A DNA stretch of 64,000 bases from an uncultured delta proteobacterium (GCA_963743525.1 CAVUQH010000004.1:480001-544000); one strand, 5' to 3'; counted from the first letter of the stretch, positions 9,840 through 22,529 are shown. Program-made: numbers and translations. Notes: generated from the sequence alone by a model not told the origin.

Positions 9840-10418
9840 ATGTCCCGCTCTCTCCTCGCTACCGCTCTCTTCGCGATCACCTTCACCCTGCCCGCCTGCT
9901 CGTCCGAGCTGCAGCCGGCCTCGAGCACCGCCGACAACATCACCGTGGTCGACACCGACGGTGACGGCACCCCCGACGCGGTCAACATCGACGGCGACGG
10001 CAACCCCGACTTCGACTTCGGCAACTGGTCGGGCGGCTGCTTCCCGTTCGTCGACAGCGACGGCGATGGCCACCCCGACGGCATCGACCTCGACTGCGAC
10101 GGCACCGCCGACGTGGCCTGGTGCGCCCAGCCGCTGATCGACAACGACGGCGACGGCGTCCCCGACGCCATCGACTTCGACTGCGACGGCGTCGGCGACC
10201 TCGACCTGTCGCCGCCCACCTGCCTGCCCCAGGCCATCGACACCGACGGCGACGGCGTCCCCGACGGCATCGATCTCGACTGCGACGGCGTCATCGACGT
10301 CGGCCCGTCCACCCCGCCGCCCCCCACCTGCCTGCCCGCGCCGGTCGACAGCGACGGCGACGGCTGGATCGACGGCATCGACCTCGACTGCGACGGAGTG
10401 GCCGACATCACGCTCTGA
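9840..10418 (+). CDS. Lipoprotein with thrombospondin type-3-like Ca-binding repeats
   Basis: Lipobox LPAC; repeated DxDGDGxPDxIDLDCDG; GGAGG RBS. Confidence 0.8.
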   Translation: MSRSLLATALFAITFTLPACSSELQPASSTADNITVVDTDGDGTPDAVNIDGDGNPDFDFGNWSGGCFPFVDSDGDGHPDGIDLDCDGTADVAWCAQPLIDNDGDGVPDAIDFDCDGVGDLDLSPPTCLPQAIDTDGDGVPDGIDLDCDGVIDVGPSTPPPPTCLPAPVDSDGDGWIDGIDLDCDGVADITL

Positions 10419-10461
10419 GCCGCAGGCGGCCGCGAAAAAATTCGCGCAGTTAGACGACACG

Positions 10462-10490
10462 TGAGCCGGTTTCGGCCACCGGGACCACTA
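10462..10490 (+). promoter_or_regulatory. Putative ECF promoter, copy 3
   Basis: TGAGCCGGTT TCGGCCACCGGGAC CACTA. Confidence 0.65.
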
Positions 10491-10527
10491 GGGCACCACA
10501 ACCATCCCTAGCCTGGAGGCCGAAGCC

Positions 10528-11109
10528 GTGCGTCTTGCTGTTGACCATATCCGTACCCTGCTCGTCGTCACTGCCATGCTCGCCCTCGCCGGAGCTGCCG
10601 GCGCCTGCGGCGACAGCCCGCCCAGCGGCGGCGGCAACGGCGCCGACGCGGCGGCCGCGGGCGACGGTGGCAACAACGGCGGCGGCGATGGCGGCGGCGG
10701 CAACGTCGATGCCGGCAACAACACCAACAACGCCGACGCCAGCACCAACGGCGGCGGCGCCGATGCCGCCAACGGCGGCGCCGGAGTCGTATGCGGCAGC
10801 ACCACGTGCACAGGCACTGACGTCTGCTGCAGCACGTTCGGCGGCGGCGGCGGCGGCGCGATGCAGACCTGCGTCGCCAGCGCCGCTGACTGCATGGGCG
10901 GCGTCGCGGCGGCCTGCGACGGCCCCGAGGATTGCGACACCGGGGAGGCCTGCTGCGGCAGCTACACCAACGGCGCCACCTGCGGAACGCCCGGCGGCAT
11001 GAATCAGTGCCAGATCCGCCTGTGCCACGCTGCTCCGGACTGCAACCAGGGCGAGATGTGCTGCAGCGGTTTCCAGGGCATCAACTACTGCGGCATGACC
11101 TGCCTCTGA
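10528..11109 (+). CDS. Cys-rich lipoprotein with Gly/Asn linker
   Basis: Lipobox AGAC; CDGPEDC..CC repeats; GGAGG RBS. Confidence 0.75.
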   Translation: MRLAVDHIRTLLVVTAMLALAGAAGACGDSPPSGGGNGADAAAAGDGGNNGGGDGGGGNVDAGNNTNNADASTNGGGADAANGGAGVVCGSTTCTGTDVCCSTFGGGGGGAMQTCVASAADCMGGVAAACDGPEDCDTGEACCGSYTNGATCGTPGGMNQCQIRLCHAAPDCNQGEMCCSGFQGINYCGMTCL

Positions 11110-11187
11110 GCCGCTCCGCGGGTTGATCCGCGGGGCCTCTGTCGGTGACCATGTTCGCGCCCGCTCCGGCGGGCGCGGAGGTCACCG

Positions 11188-13143
<1,956 letters not shown>

Positions 13144-13194
13144 CCCCGCAGCCGCGGGCTGGCACCAGCGCACTGCCTGGGGCATCCTCCGGGC

Positions 13195-13935
13195 ATGGAC
13201 GTCAACGGCCGGACCGCACTCATCACCGGCGCGAGCCGCGGCATCGGCGCCGGGCTCGCCCACGCGTTCCACGCCCAGGGGATGAACCTGGTGCTGTGCG
13301 CCCGCGGCGCCGCCGCGGTGCCCGACGGCGACCGCGTGCTGTCGGCCCGCTTCGACATCACCGAAGAGGCGCCGATGACCGAGCTGGTCGCCGCCGCCGA
13401 GGCGCGCTTCGGCCGCATCGACCTGTGGATCAACAACGCCGGCGTGCTCGAGCCGATCGCCCCGCTGCGCGACGTCGAGCCGGCCGCCTACCAGCACCAC
13501 CTGCAGGTCAACGTCATGGGCGTCTTCCTCGGCACCCGCGCCTACGTCCAGCACCTGCGCCGCACCGGCGGACCGGGCGTGCTGATCAACATCTCGTCCG
13601 GCGCCGCACGCAACGGCTACGCCGGCTGGTCGGCCTACTGCGCGGGCAAGGCCGCCGTCGATCTGATGACCGAGTGCGTGGCCCTGGAAGAGCGCGACAT
13701 CGGACTGCGCGCCCATGCGGTCGCACCGGGTGTGATCGACACACACATGCAGGAGCTGATCCGCGGCTGCGACCGTGACACCTTCCCCATGGTCGACAAG
13801 TTCCTCGACATGAAGGCAAACAACCGCTTCAGCACGGTCGAGCACGTCTCCCGCGAGATGCTGAAGCTGGCTTTCGACCCGTCCCGCGCCGACGACCCCG
13901 TGCGCACCAGCCTGCCGCTGGAAAAGCCGCTCTGA
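13195..13935 (+). CDS. SDR oxidoreductase (YueD/benzil reductase-like)
   Basis: TGASRGIG, NNAG, YCAGK, PGVIDTHMQ. Confidence 0.9.
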   Translation: MDVNGRTALITGASRGIGAGLAHAFHAQGMNLVLCARGAAAVPDGDRVLSARFDITEEAPMTELVAAAEARFGRIDLWINNAGVLEPIAPLRDVEPAAYQHHLQVNVMGVFLGTRAYVQHLRRTGGPGVLINISSGAARNGYAGWSAYCAGKAAVDLMTECVALEERDIGLRAHAVAPGVIDTHMQELIRGCDRDTFPMVDKFLDMKANNRFSTVEHVSREMLKLAFDPSRADDPVRTSLPLEKPL

Positions 13936-13941
13936 TTGCCC
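13915..13941 (+). repeat. 27-bp direct repeat, left copy (contains the SDR stop codon)
   Basis: CCGCTGGAAAAGCCGCTCTGATTGCCC, identical to 15471..15497. Confidence 0.92.
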
Positions 13942-14055
13942 GAAGATCGGCATGTTAGCCGCCACCACGCAACTGCGCGGTGGTTTGTTCCGATTATGTG
14001 TCCAGTGACGCGCCTCGCATCGCGAGCTTTCTCAAGCGCCACGCTGGAGTCACCC

Positions 14056-15405
14056 ATGCGCTACGTGCTAGTTGCCCTCGCCGTCTATTTCGCTGGTATC
14101 GGTTCTGGCTGCAAGTCGGACGTGAAGTACTACTGCGACGAGTCCACGCCCTGTTTCCCTCGCTATCCGGACCGTCCATTCTGCGACTTGACCGGTGAAT
14201 TTGAACCGGACGGGATCAAGAACACCTGCGTGCCGAACCCCTACGATGGCGGCCCCGACGCCGGGCCTGATGGGCCCGATGGAGGAGCAGACATCGACGG
14301 CGCGTTGCTGGATGGGCAATCAGCCGATGGAAGCGGACTGCCCGATCCAATTGTTGAGGACATTGCGCACGTTCCACTTGCCGCGGAAACCGCCGGAGTT
14401 GCCGATGTAGCGATCACTGGAACCGTCGTCGTTGACACGACGAACCTGACATTCGACGGTGGGGCTCCTCCTACTGGTGCGACGCTCGATTTGTCGGCCC
14501 AGGAGGCAGGGACCGGCCCACAACTCGCCATCCTGCATCTTCGCAGCCTGACGGTTCAGGCAGGTGCCACACTGCGCGCGGTTGGTGGCAGGCCGCTGGT
14601 AATCATCGCGAGCCGCTCTGTCACGATCAACGGTGTCATCGACGCGAGCGCAGATCGCAACACCGCGGGTGCGGGTGGATCCATACCTGGCGTTGGCGTG
14701 GGTGCAGGCGGAACGAGTACCAACAGCATCGCTAACGACGAGCCTGGCGGAGGCGGCGCAGGTTTCGGATCCGCCGGCGCAGCGGGCGGTCCCGGAGTCG
14801 GCGGATCGGCTGGTGCTGGTGGATCTACATTTGGAGACTCGGCCCAGACCCTACTGTTTGGCGGCTCCGGCGGCGGGACGAGTGCCGTCTGTCCGGCCGA
14901 CCCAGCTGGCGCCGGTGGCGGTGCGGTGCAGATCTACTCAGCAGCCGTCATATCGATCGCCAGTGGGGGCGGCATTAATGTTGGCGGCGGTGGCGGTGGC
15001 GGCGGCAACTACTGCAGTGGCACATTTGGCGGTGGCGCTGGCGGTGGCGCTGGCGGCTCCGTCTTCCTACAAGCACCCAGCGTAATATCGGCAGGTGTCC
15101 TGGCTGCGAACGGGGGTGGCGGTGGAAGCGGCGCCAATCTCAACGCCGATGGAACCGCCGGTGATGACGCTGCCCTCAGCGCTTCACGAGCAAGCGGCGG
15201 CGGCGCTGGCTCGGCCGGTGCTGGCGGCGCTGGCGCCAACGGAACCCTATCGGCCGTGGAGGGCACCGCGAATGACCTCATCAACGGTGGCGGTGGCGGT
15301 GGCGGCGGCGCTGGAGTCGGGCGCGTAGCTGTCTTGATCCACTCCAACGGAACGTTCGACAACACGGGCATAGCCAGTCCTCCGGCTACGACTCAGACCT
15401 ACTAG
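14056..15405 (+). CDS. Gly-rich exported lipoprotein with atypical codon usage
   Basis: Signal ending GSGC, N-terminal Cys module, GGGGxGG repeats; many T/A-ending codons. Confidence 0.75.
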   Translation: MRYVLVALAVYFAGIGSGCKSDVKYYCDESTPCFPRYPDRPFCDLTGEFEPDGIKNTCVPNPYDGGPDAGPDGPDGGADIDGALLDGQSADGSGLPDPIVEDIAHVPLAAETAGVADVAITGTVVVDTTNLTFDGGAPPTGATLDLSAQEAGTGPQLAILHLRSLTVQAGATLRAVGGRPLVIIASRSVTINGVIDASADRNTAGAGGSIPGVGVGAGGTSTNSIANDEPGGGGAGFGSAGAAGGPGVGGSAGAGGSTFGDSAQTLLFGGSGGGTSAVCPADPAGAGGGAVQIYSAAVISIASGGGINVGGGGGGGGNYCSGTFGGGAGGGAGGSVFLQAPSVISAGVLAANGGGGGSGANLNADGTAGDDAALSASRASGGGAGSAGAGGAGANGTLSAVEGTANDLINGGGGGGGGAGVGRVAVLIHSNGTFDNTGIASPPATTQTY

Positions 15406-15470
15406 CCCGCACGCGCATGCACGTACCGATAGCTGGCTTCTCAGCCGGTTGGCTGGCGACTGCTCCCGGA

Positions 15471-15497
15471 CCGCTGGAAAAGCCGCTCTGATTGCCC
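15471..15497 (+). repeat. 27-bp direct repeat, right copy
   Basis: Identical to 13915..13941. Confidence 0.92.
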
Positions 15498-15509
15498 TAC
15501 CCTGGGGCA

Positions 15510-16921
15510 ATGCGCGCCTTCTTGCGTCTTGCCTTAGCCTGTTCGTTCGCCCTGTCCACCGCTTGCGGCTCGATCGCCAACAAGGCCGACGCCGGCAACG
15601 GCGGCGGTGACGCCTCGAGCGGTGACGGCGGCGGCAATGTCGCCGATGCCGCGCCCGATGCGGCCACCTTCGGCATGGTCACCGTCAACGTCTTCGTCGG
15701 CGGCAACCCAGCACCGAACATGGCCGTCATGTATCACAAGGCCGACGGCAGCTACATCGGCAGCACGCTGACCGATAGCAACGGCCAGGTGATCATTGCC
15801 GACATGCCGGTCGGCGGCGCGGTCACCGCGCCGGTCAGCCCGTACGGAATCGCCTCCGACCAGCCACGCGAAGTTCCTGACCAGCGTCACCAACGTGCAG
15901 ATCGGCGACGTCATCACCATCGGCCGCTCCGACGCTCCCGACCAGCGACTCGCAGCGCGGGAACCATGTCGGTCACCATGCCCGGAACGCGTTTGCCGGC
16001 GCCACGAACTATGCCGGTGACCGTCGGCTGCACCACATCCACCACTGGGACCGCTGAGCGCGTCACTGAAGCCGGTTATCCAGGCCAACTGCCTGCCCGC
16101 CTCCAACGCCATCGACGTCGTCGCCTACGCACTGGATGGCTCCGGGAACCGCATCGCCTATTCTGCCGTCGCCGCTGTTCCCTCTGTCCGGCACCGCGCC
16201 CAACTTGACCGGTTCGATCAACATGCCGGCGTGGCAGACCGGCCTGGCCCTGTACACACTGGCGCTCAGCAACGCGCCCGGCTGACATCCGGTGACCCGC
16301 ATCTTCGTCGGCTACAAGCAGAACGTCCTGGTCGACAGTCCTCGATCCGAGCTGTCACTGGCGACGGGCATGGGACCGGCCTCGTTCCCGTTCCTCATGG
16401 TGCCCGGGTTCTTCCAGAGCTCGACGGTTGGGTTCAAGCCCGCATGCCCTGGTTTCGGGCACGCCACGTCTGGCCAAGCGCGCCGACGTCAGCCCGACGA
16501 CCAGCCAATCGGCGCAGGTGGCCTGGGATCTGACCACCGACATGCTGCAGCCACCGGACCACCGTCACCGCCACGGCCGACACCACCAGCTCGATCAGCT
16601 GGTCCGGCGGCACCGCGAGCTGCGCCGACAACCCGTCACCCGATCTCGATCCTGTACGCGTCCAGGGCAACGTGGGCAACACGGGCGTCTCATACGCCTG
16701 GTACGCGCATCGCGCCTGGCACGCAGACCTCGCCGCTCGAGCTGCCCCAGCTCGATCCTGCACTGGCTCAGGCGTTGTGGCCGACCTCGAGCTTCACCGC
16801 CACCGCGACGGCCGTGCGTGATGAAGAGCCGACAGCGCACACAAGCTATGACGATTTCCGCCTCAGCGACGACAACCTCGCCGCGGTCGACCCGATGCCC
16901 GACGCAGCCGCTACCCGCTGA
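15510..16921 (+). pseudogene. Lipoprotein gene broken by many frameshifts (pseudogene or poorly resolved assembly)
   Basis: Lipobox LSTAC; protein-like segments alternate among the three + frames from ~15860 onward. Confidence 0.6.
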
Positions 16922-16952
16922 TTAGCCGTCGGCAGCAGCGGCTGAGGTTTCC

Positions 16953-17435
16953 ATGCGCCTCATCGTGTGCCTCGCGTTGCTGGCCGCCGCTTGCAGCACG
17001 ACGGAAGAGAAGAAGCCGCCGCAGCCGGCGTGCTCGGAGCTGTCGATCACGGTCGACGGGCGCGAGCTGACGCCGCTGAGCAATGCCATCGCCATCCAGG
17101 AGCGCAAGGCCGGCGGCTACATGGTGCAGCTCTACGACCACGACGGCGTCGACTGCAGGCAGGCGCTGTCGGGGCACCGGGTGCCCCGGCCGCGCGAGGT
17201 GTTCGCCCGCGCCTACGTCGGTCCCACCGCGCACCAGACCGCCGTCGGGCTGGGCGAGGACACCAAGATGGACGTCGGCGCGGTGCTCGCCGAGCGACCG
17301 GAGAAGGTGGGCGACCAGGTCGCCATCTGCCTGCGCAACCCGGTGTCGTTCACCGGCACCGCCGGCACCTGGGCGGGCAAGCAGATCACCATGAGCGGGC
17401 GCTTCGAAGGCACGTTCTGCGGCATGCAGCACTGA
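16953..17435 (+). CDS. Lipoprotein, unknown function
   Basis: Lipobox LAAAC; GAGG RBS. Confidence 0.75.
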   Translation: MRLIVCLALLAAACSTTEEKKPPQPACSELSITVDGRELTPLSNAIAIQERKAGGYMVQLYDHDGVDCRQALSGHRVPRPREVFARAYVGPTAHQTAVGLGEDTKMDVGAVLAERPEKVGDQVAICLRNPVSFTGTAGTWAGKQITMSGRFEGTFCGMQH

Positions 17436-19013
17436 TCAGTTGCTGGTCGTGCGGCGGAGGATGAGCAGCCCGCGCGGCGTGTCGGCCAGGTAGATCAGGT
17501 CGCCGGAGACCTCGAGGTCGACGGCCCCTTCGAGGAGGGCGCCGGGCGCGGTCTCCGGGTCCCAGCTGTTGTAGTAGGCGATCTGCGTCGGGTTGGTCGG
17601 ATCGGACAGGTCGAGCAGGCGGACTCCGTCCTGGTAGTGAGCGACGTAGGCGATGTCGCCGATGATCCGGTAGTTGTGCACCGACACCTCGCGGCGCAGC
17701 TGGAACTGGCCGATCTTGGTCATGTAGCCCGGCGACGCCGGGTCGTCGTCGAGGATCTCGATGTGCGCGTCGAAGCCCTCGTCGCTGTGCAGCACCACCT
17801 TGCGGCCGCCGAGCTCACCCGGCATGCTGGCGTGGCTGTACGGGTCGGGCCCGACGTAGTGGCCGACCTCGGCCGGGCCACCGGCGGCGTCCAGATCGAC
17901 GACGTACATGCCGCCGACGGTGGCGTTGACGTAGGCGCGGCTGCCCTTGGCGAACACGGCGTGGACGCCGAAGTTGGGATCGGGGGTGTCCCAGGTGGTG
18001 ATCAGCGTCGGGTTGGTCGGATCGCTGACATCGTAGACGGCCATGGTCGGCGCGGCGCCGTCGGCCAGGAACGCGCGCAGCGGCGTGGTCGAGTGGTCGA
18101 CGTACAGGCGGTGGACGCCGGAGCCGTTGGGGATGGTGAAGTGGTTGATCTCGACCGGGTTGGACGGGTCGGTGACGTCCAGGGTGATGGCGCCGAGCAC
18201 CTGCGAGGCGAGCAGCAGGTAGACCTTGCTGTTGGCCTCGATGACCGCCAGGTCGTTGAAGTTGTCCGACTGCGCCGGGTAGCTCGACAGCTCGCTGGGG
18301 TGCGCGGGATCCGATACGTCGACGATGTGCAGCGCATCGCCGCCCCGTGCGACATATGCGACGTTGCCGTGGATGGCCACGTTGGCGGTGAAGTCGTCGG
18401 GCCACGGGTTGCCGGCCGGCCCGTTGAACTCGCTGACCAGCTCCAGCCCGTCGGCCTCCGCCTCGCCCGGCACGCGGCCGAACGGCTTGACCGTGATCGT
18501 CTGCTCGTTGCAGTTGTCGCCGAAGTCGCCGAAGTAGCAGTGCACGCCGCGACCGATCAGGTTGCCGTCGCCGTCGACGCCGCACAGGTCGTAGGCCTGC
18601 ACGTAGGAGAAGCCGTCGAAGTCCAGCTGGCGGCGGAAGAACAGATCGTCGTCGTTCATCATCACCGTCGGCATCGGCACCGGCTCGGCGACCGAGGCGA
18701 CGGTGGCGCTGATGCCGTCCTCGCAGGTCAGCGAGAAGCGCACCGGACCGGCCGAGAACTTGCTCTGCGGATCGGCCTCCATGAACCAGAAGCCGCTGGG
18801 ATCCACGCCGGCCAGCGCGCCCGCGGTGCACGCCGAGTGGTCGAAGTCGGCCGGGCTGCCGTACTTCGCCTGCGGCAGCTCGACCGCGCCCGGATCCACG
18901 CACTGCGCGCCGCCGGCGTCCGGACCGCCACCGCCGCCCGAGCCGCCGTTGTTGCTTTCGCAGGCGGGAACCAGGGAGGCGAGGACGAGACAGATCGATA
19001 CCCTGTACAACAC
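17436..19013 (-). CDS. LVIVD-repeat beta-propeller lipoprotein
   Basis: Lipobox LVPAC; LHIVDVSDPAHP, LDVTDPSNP, YDVSDPTNP, LLDLSDPTNP; start could be 19043. Confidence 0.85.
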   Translation of the reverse strand: MLYRVSICLVLASLVPACESNNGGSGGGGGPDAGGAQCVDPGAVELPQAKYGSPADFDHSACTAGALAGVDPSGFWFMEADPQSKFSAGPVRFSLTCEDGISATVASVAEPVPMPTVMMNDDDLFFRRQLDFDGFSYVQAYDLCGVDGDGNLIGRGVHCYFGDFGDNCNEQTITVKPFGRVPGEAEADGLELVSEFNGPAGNPWPDDFTANVAIHGNVAYVARGGDALHIVDVSDPAHPSELSSYPAQSDNFNDLAVIEANSKVYLLLASQVLGAITLDVTDPSNPVEINHFTIPNGSGVHRLYVDHSTTPLRAFLADGAAPTMAVYDVSDPTNPTLITTWDTPDPNFGVHAVFAKGSRAYVNATVGGMYVVDLDAAGGPAEVGHYVGPDPYSHASMPGELGGRKVVLHSDEGFDAHIEILDDDPASPGYMTKIGQFQLRREVSVHNYRIIGDIAYVAHYQDGVRLLDLSDPTNPTQIAYYNSWDPETAPGALLEGAVDLEVSGDLIYLADTPRGLLILRRTTSN

Positions 19014-19092
19014 GTGGCAGGTTGTAGCAGCCACCTCGGCCACACCCGCACGACAACTCCTGGCAATTACTGATACGCCCGGGGCGCAGCCG

Positions 19093-21243
19093 TCATCGCA
19101 GCGCGTCGGCCACCAGATCGCTCAGCTCGTCCAGGCTGAACGGCTTGTACAGGCAGCGATTGCCCGACGATCCGAGGAACGAGCGGATTTCGGGGCGGAC
19201 CGTGCCGCCGGTCATGAACACGAGCTTGGCCACCAGCCCGGGATGATCGCGAAGGACGTGCGCGTGCACGTCGGCCCCCGACCCGTCCGGCATCATCAGG
19301 TCGCACAGCACCAGGTCGAAGGCGTCGTCGCGGTCGATGATGGCCATCGCCGCGCGGCCCGAGCCGGCGCTCACCACCTCGTGGCCGTCGGCCGAAAGGG
19401 TCTCGGACAGCGTGCGCAAGAGCGCCTGTTCGTCGTCGACCACCAGGATGCGCGCGCCGCGCGCGGCGAGCTGCGGCGACTGGGCGAGCGCGGGCGCCAG
19501 GGCTGGCTCCGCCGGCGGCAGCTCGACGCGGAACAACGCCCCCTGCCCGGGCGCGGAGATCACCTCGATGGTGCCGCCGCTGTGCGACACGATGTCGTGA
19601 ACCACCGACAATCCCAGACCGCTGCCACCGCGCTCCGCACGGGTGGTGAAGAACGGCTCGAACAGATGCGCGCGCACGTCGGGCGCGATGCCCATCCCGT
19701 TGTCCTCGACCTCGAGACGAACCTTGTGGCCGACGCGGCGCAGGCGGACGACGATGCGATTCTCCTCCTGCCGGCGATCGTCCGGCAGCGCCTCGAAGGC
19801 GTTGATGATCAGGTTGAGGACCACCTGGCCGAGCTTGCCGTGGCCGGCGGCGACCAGCGGCACCGGCTCGAGCTCGGTTTCCAGCTGCGCGCGCGTCTGC
19901 ACCTTGCCCCGCGCCAGGGCGACGCTGGAGGTGACCACCTCGCCAAGGTCGACGGGCGCGGGCGTCTCCGGCTCCGGCCTGGCGAACACTCGCAGGTCGC
20001 GCACGATGTCGCGCACCCGGCGGGCGCCTTCGATGGCGGACTGGACGAAGCGCTTCGACTCGTCGGGCCGACGCTCGGCCAGCTCGAGGTTGCTCATCAC
20101 CAGCGCCAGCGGGTTGTTGATCTCGTGGGCGACGCCGGCGGCCAGGGTGCCCAGCGACGACATCCGGTCGGCCAGCGCCAGTCGACTCTGGAGCTCCTGG
20201 CGCAGGGTTACGTCGCGGACGACGATCAACTCGGCCGGGAAGCCCTCGTAGGTGATCGACTCGCGCGACGACAGCTCCAGCACCACCTCGGTGCCACCGT
20301 CGCGGACGAAGCGCAGCTCGACCGGCGCCGACGCCCCCCGCGCGGATGCCGAAAGGTCCGCCGACATCAGCTCGGACCAGCGCTGGCCGAGCAAGCTCGA
20401 GGTCAGCTCGCGGCCGAGCAGCCGGGCCAGCGCCGGATTGGCGTAGGCGACGGCGTCACCGCGCAAGACGACCACGCCGTCGGGCAGGGCATCCAGAATA
20501 CGCCGGAACTGCGCCTGCGATTCGAGCATCGCCTCGAAGCTGTCGCGCGCCGCCCGCTCCTGCGACACCAGCATGTCGACCACGCGCGGCACGCTGAACA
20601 ACGCGCGGGCCAGCCGACCGAAGCGCTCGACCCCGGCCGGCCGCGGCAAGCAGCGGACCTCGAACACCGCGTGGCGCGCCGAGATCTGGGTCTTCAACGC
20701 CGCCGGGGGATGGCCGATCAGCGTGGGAATCGCCCCGATGGTGCCGACGCAGACGTGGAAGTAGGTTGCGGAACCGGGCAATGACTCCGGCACGGTCAGC
20801 TCGAGGCGAGAGAGCCCGCGGTGGTAGTGAAACGCGTTGTCGAGGATCGGAAACAGCGACGGGCCAATCCACTGCAGCGAGGCGAAGACCAGGTGCTCGG
20901 GACGGATGAAGAAGTCGGCGAACCGACTCACCAGCATGTGCGGGGAGGCCGACAGGATCGCGCCGGCGCGCTCGAAGTCGCCCAGCGGCATCCCCTGCCG
21001 CTCGAGGTTGTCGAGCACCCGAAGGAGCTCGTTCCACGACACCCGAGCCCGCGGGCGGCGCAGCTCCTCGTCGGTGAACGGCAGCCCGGCCAGGGCGGCC
21101 TCGCGCGAGTAGCCCAGCTCGACGGCGGCATCGACCAGCGCCGGGACGGTGCTGGCTCGCACCGCCCGCGTGTCCGCGGTGATGTTTCCGGTGCGCGAGT
21201 CGTGGGAATCGCGCGACGACCGGTTACGACGACGGCCAAACAT
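19093..21243 (-). CDS. Hybrid histidine kinase (N-terminal sensor-PAS-HisKA-HATPase-REC)
   Basis: [47 protein letters not shown]. Confidence 0.9.
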   Translation of the reverse strand: MFGRRRNRSSRDSHDSRTGNITADTRAVRASTVPALVDAAVELGYSREAALAGLPFTDEELRRPRARVSWNELLRVLDNLERQGMPLGDFERAGAILSASPHMLVSRFADFFIRPEHLVFASLQWIGPSLFPILDNAFHYHRGLSRLELTVPESLPGSATYFHVCVGTIGAIPTLIGHPPAALKTQISARHAVFEVRCLPRPAGVERFGRLARALFSVPRVVDMLVSQERAARDSFEAMLESQAQFRRILDALPDGVVVLRGDAVAYANPALARLLGRELTSSLLGQRWSELMSADLSASARGASAPVELRFVRDGGTEVVLELSSRESITYEGFPAELIVVRDVTLRQELQSRLALADRMSSLGTLAAGVAHEINNPLALVMSNLELAERRPDESKRFVQSAIEGARRVRDIVRDLRVFARPEPETPAPVDLGEVVTSSVALARGKVQTRAQLETELEPVPLVAAGHGKLGQVVLNLIINAFEALPDDRRQEENRIVVRLRRVGHKVRLEVEDNGMGIAPDVRAHLFEPFFTTRAERGGSGLGLSVVHDIVSHSGGTIEVISAPGQGALFRVELPPAEPALAPALAQSPQLAARGARILVVDDEQALLRTLSETLSADGHEVVSAGSGRAAMAIIDRDDAFDLVLCDLMMPDGSGADVHAHVLRDHPGLVAKLVFMTGGTVRPEIRSFLGSSGNRCLYKPFSLDELSDLVADALR

Positions 21244-21314
21244 CTACTTCCCACCAGTGTGCCAAACACCGGGCGCGAGCTCGACCCGGGTCGTCTCCTT
21301 TGGCCGATTTTCCC

Positions 21315-22502
21315 TCAGTGGTCGTCGTCACTATCGTCGGGCGGCTGTCCGCGCCCCAGGGCCAGCGCGCCGAAACCGGCGCGGGCCTCGTCTACGCCTT
21401 CGCCGACCAGGCGGTGGGCGCGATCGATCTTGGGCCGCGACGAGTCGCGCGCGAAGGCGCCGATGAGCCCGAACAAGATCGGCAGGAACGCCAGGCGGAT
21501 CAGCGCCAGACCGACGAAGCCGGCGGCGCCGACGATGAACGAGAAGACCCGCGCGACCACGCGCAGCGGCCCCGGCAGCTGCGCGGTCATCTCCTGGATC
21601 TCGCCGACCACCCGGTGGGCGATGCCGGTGTCACCGGATGCCGCCAGCGCCGACGGTGGCCGCCGCGCGGGCAGCGGGCGGGGCACAGACCCCGACCCGC
21701 GCCGCTTTCGCGACCGTTTCCCGGCCGCCAGCAGCTCGCGCACCGCCGACGCCGACTGCGGACGCTCCGACGGATCGGGTGCCGTCATCGCGGTCAGCAC
21801 GGCGCGCAACCGCCGGTCCATGTGCGGCAGGTGCTGGTCGAGATCCATGCGCAGCCCCTTGCGCGGCACCTGTTCCGGCTCGACGCCGCCGGCAAGAGCG
21901 ACGATGGTCGCGCCCAGGGCGTAGATGTCGGTAGCCGGTGACGCCTGGCCGTGCAGCTGCTCCGGGGCCATGTAGCCGAAGGTGCCGACCATCGTCGACC
22001 CGCCGTCCGGTCGCAGGGCGTTGCGCACGCCGCCGAAGTTGACCAGCGACAGCGCGCCGTCGCGATCGCGAACCATGTTGGCCGGCTTGATGTCCCGGTG
22101 GATGACCGGCGGCGAGCGGTCGTGCAGGTAGTCGAGGATGTCGAGGCCACGGGCGAGGATGTCGCGCAGATCGGCCTCACCCAGGCGGTGCTTCGCCGCC
22201 CACGCCTTGAGCGTCGCCCCCGGCGCCCGCTCCATCACCAGATAGTAGGTGCCCTTGTCCCCCTCGAGCGAGGCGATCAGCTTGGGGATACCGGGGTGGT
22301 CGAGGCCGCGCAGGGTGTCGACCTCGCGCTCGTACAGGTCGAACTTCTTCCACCCGTCCTCGGACAGGCGCAGCTCCTTGACCACGACCACCGCGCCGTC
22401 CCGCTGCTGATCGCGGGCGAGGAAGGTGCGCCCCTGCGCGCCCGAGCCCAGGCGCGGGCCCAGCTTCCATCGCCCGCCGATGAGCGGTCCGTCGAACTCC
22501 AC
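21315..22502 (-). CDS. Ser/Thr protein kinase (DFG reads NFG) with C-terminal TM
   Basis: [34 protein letters not shown]. Confidence 0.88.
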   Translation of the reverse strand: MEFDGPLIGGRWKLGPRLGSGAQGRTFLARDQQRDGAVVVVKELRLSEDGWKKFDLYEREVDTLRGLDHPGIPKLIASLEGDKGTYYLVMERAPGATLKAWAAKHRLGEADLRDILARGLDILDYLHDRSPPVIHRDIKPANMVRDRDGALSLVNFGGVRNALRPDGGSTMVGTFGYMAPEQLHGQASPATDIYALGATIVALAGGVEPEQVPRKGLRMDLDQHLPHMDRRLRAVLTAMTAPDPSERPQSASAVRELLAAGKRSRKRRGSGSVPRPLPARRPPSALAASGDTGIAHRVVGEIQEMTAQLPGPLRVVARVFSFIVGAAGFVGLALIRLAFLPILFGLIGAFARDSSRPKIDRAHRLVGEGVDEARAGFGALALGRGQPPDDSDDDH

Positions 22503-22529
22503 GCCGCGAGCATAGCGGCGATCGGCCGA

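Noticed and set aside
9950..10400. Recurring GACGGCGACGGC..ATCGACCTCGACTGCGACGG as a DNA-level array or DGR
   Set aside because: Explained by protein repeats; no reverse transcriptase or adenine-specific variation.
21247..21263. TGGCAC upstream of the hybrid kinase as a sigma54 promoter
   Set aside because: The -12 position reads TGGG, not TTGC.
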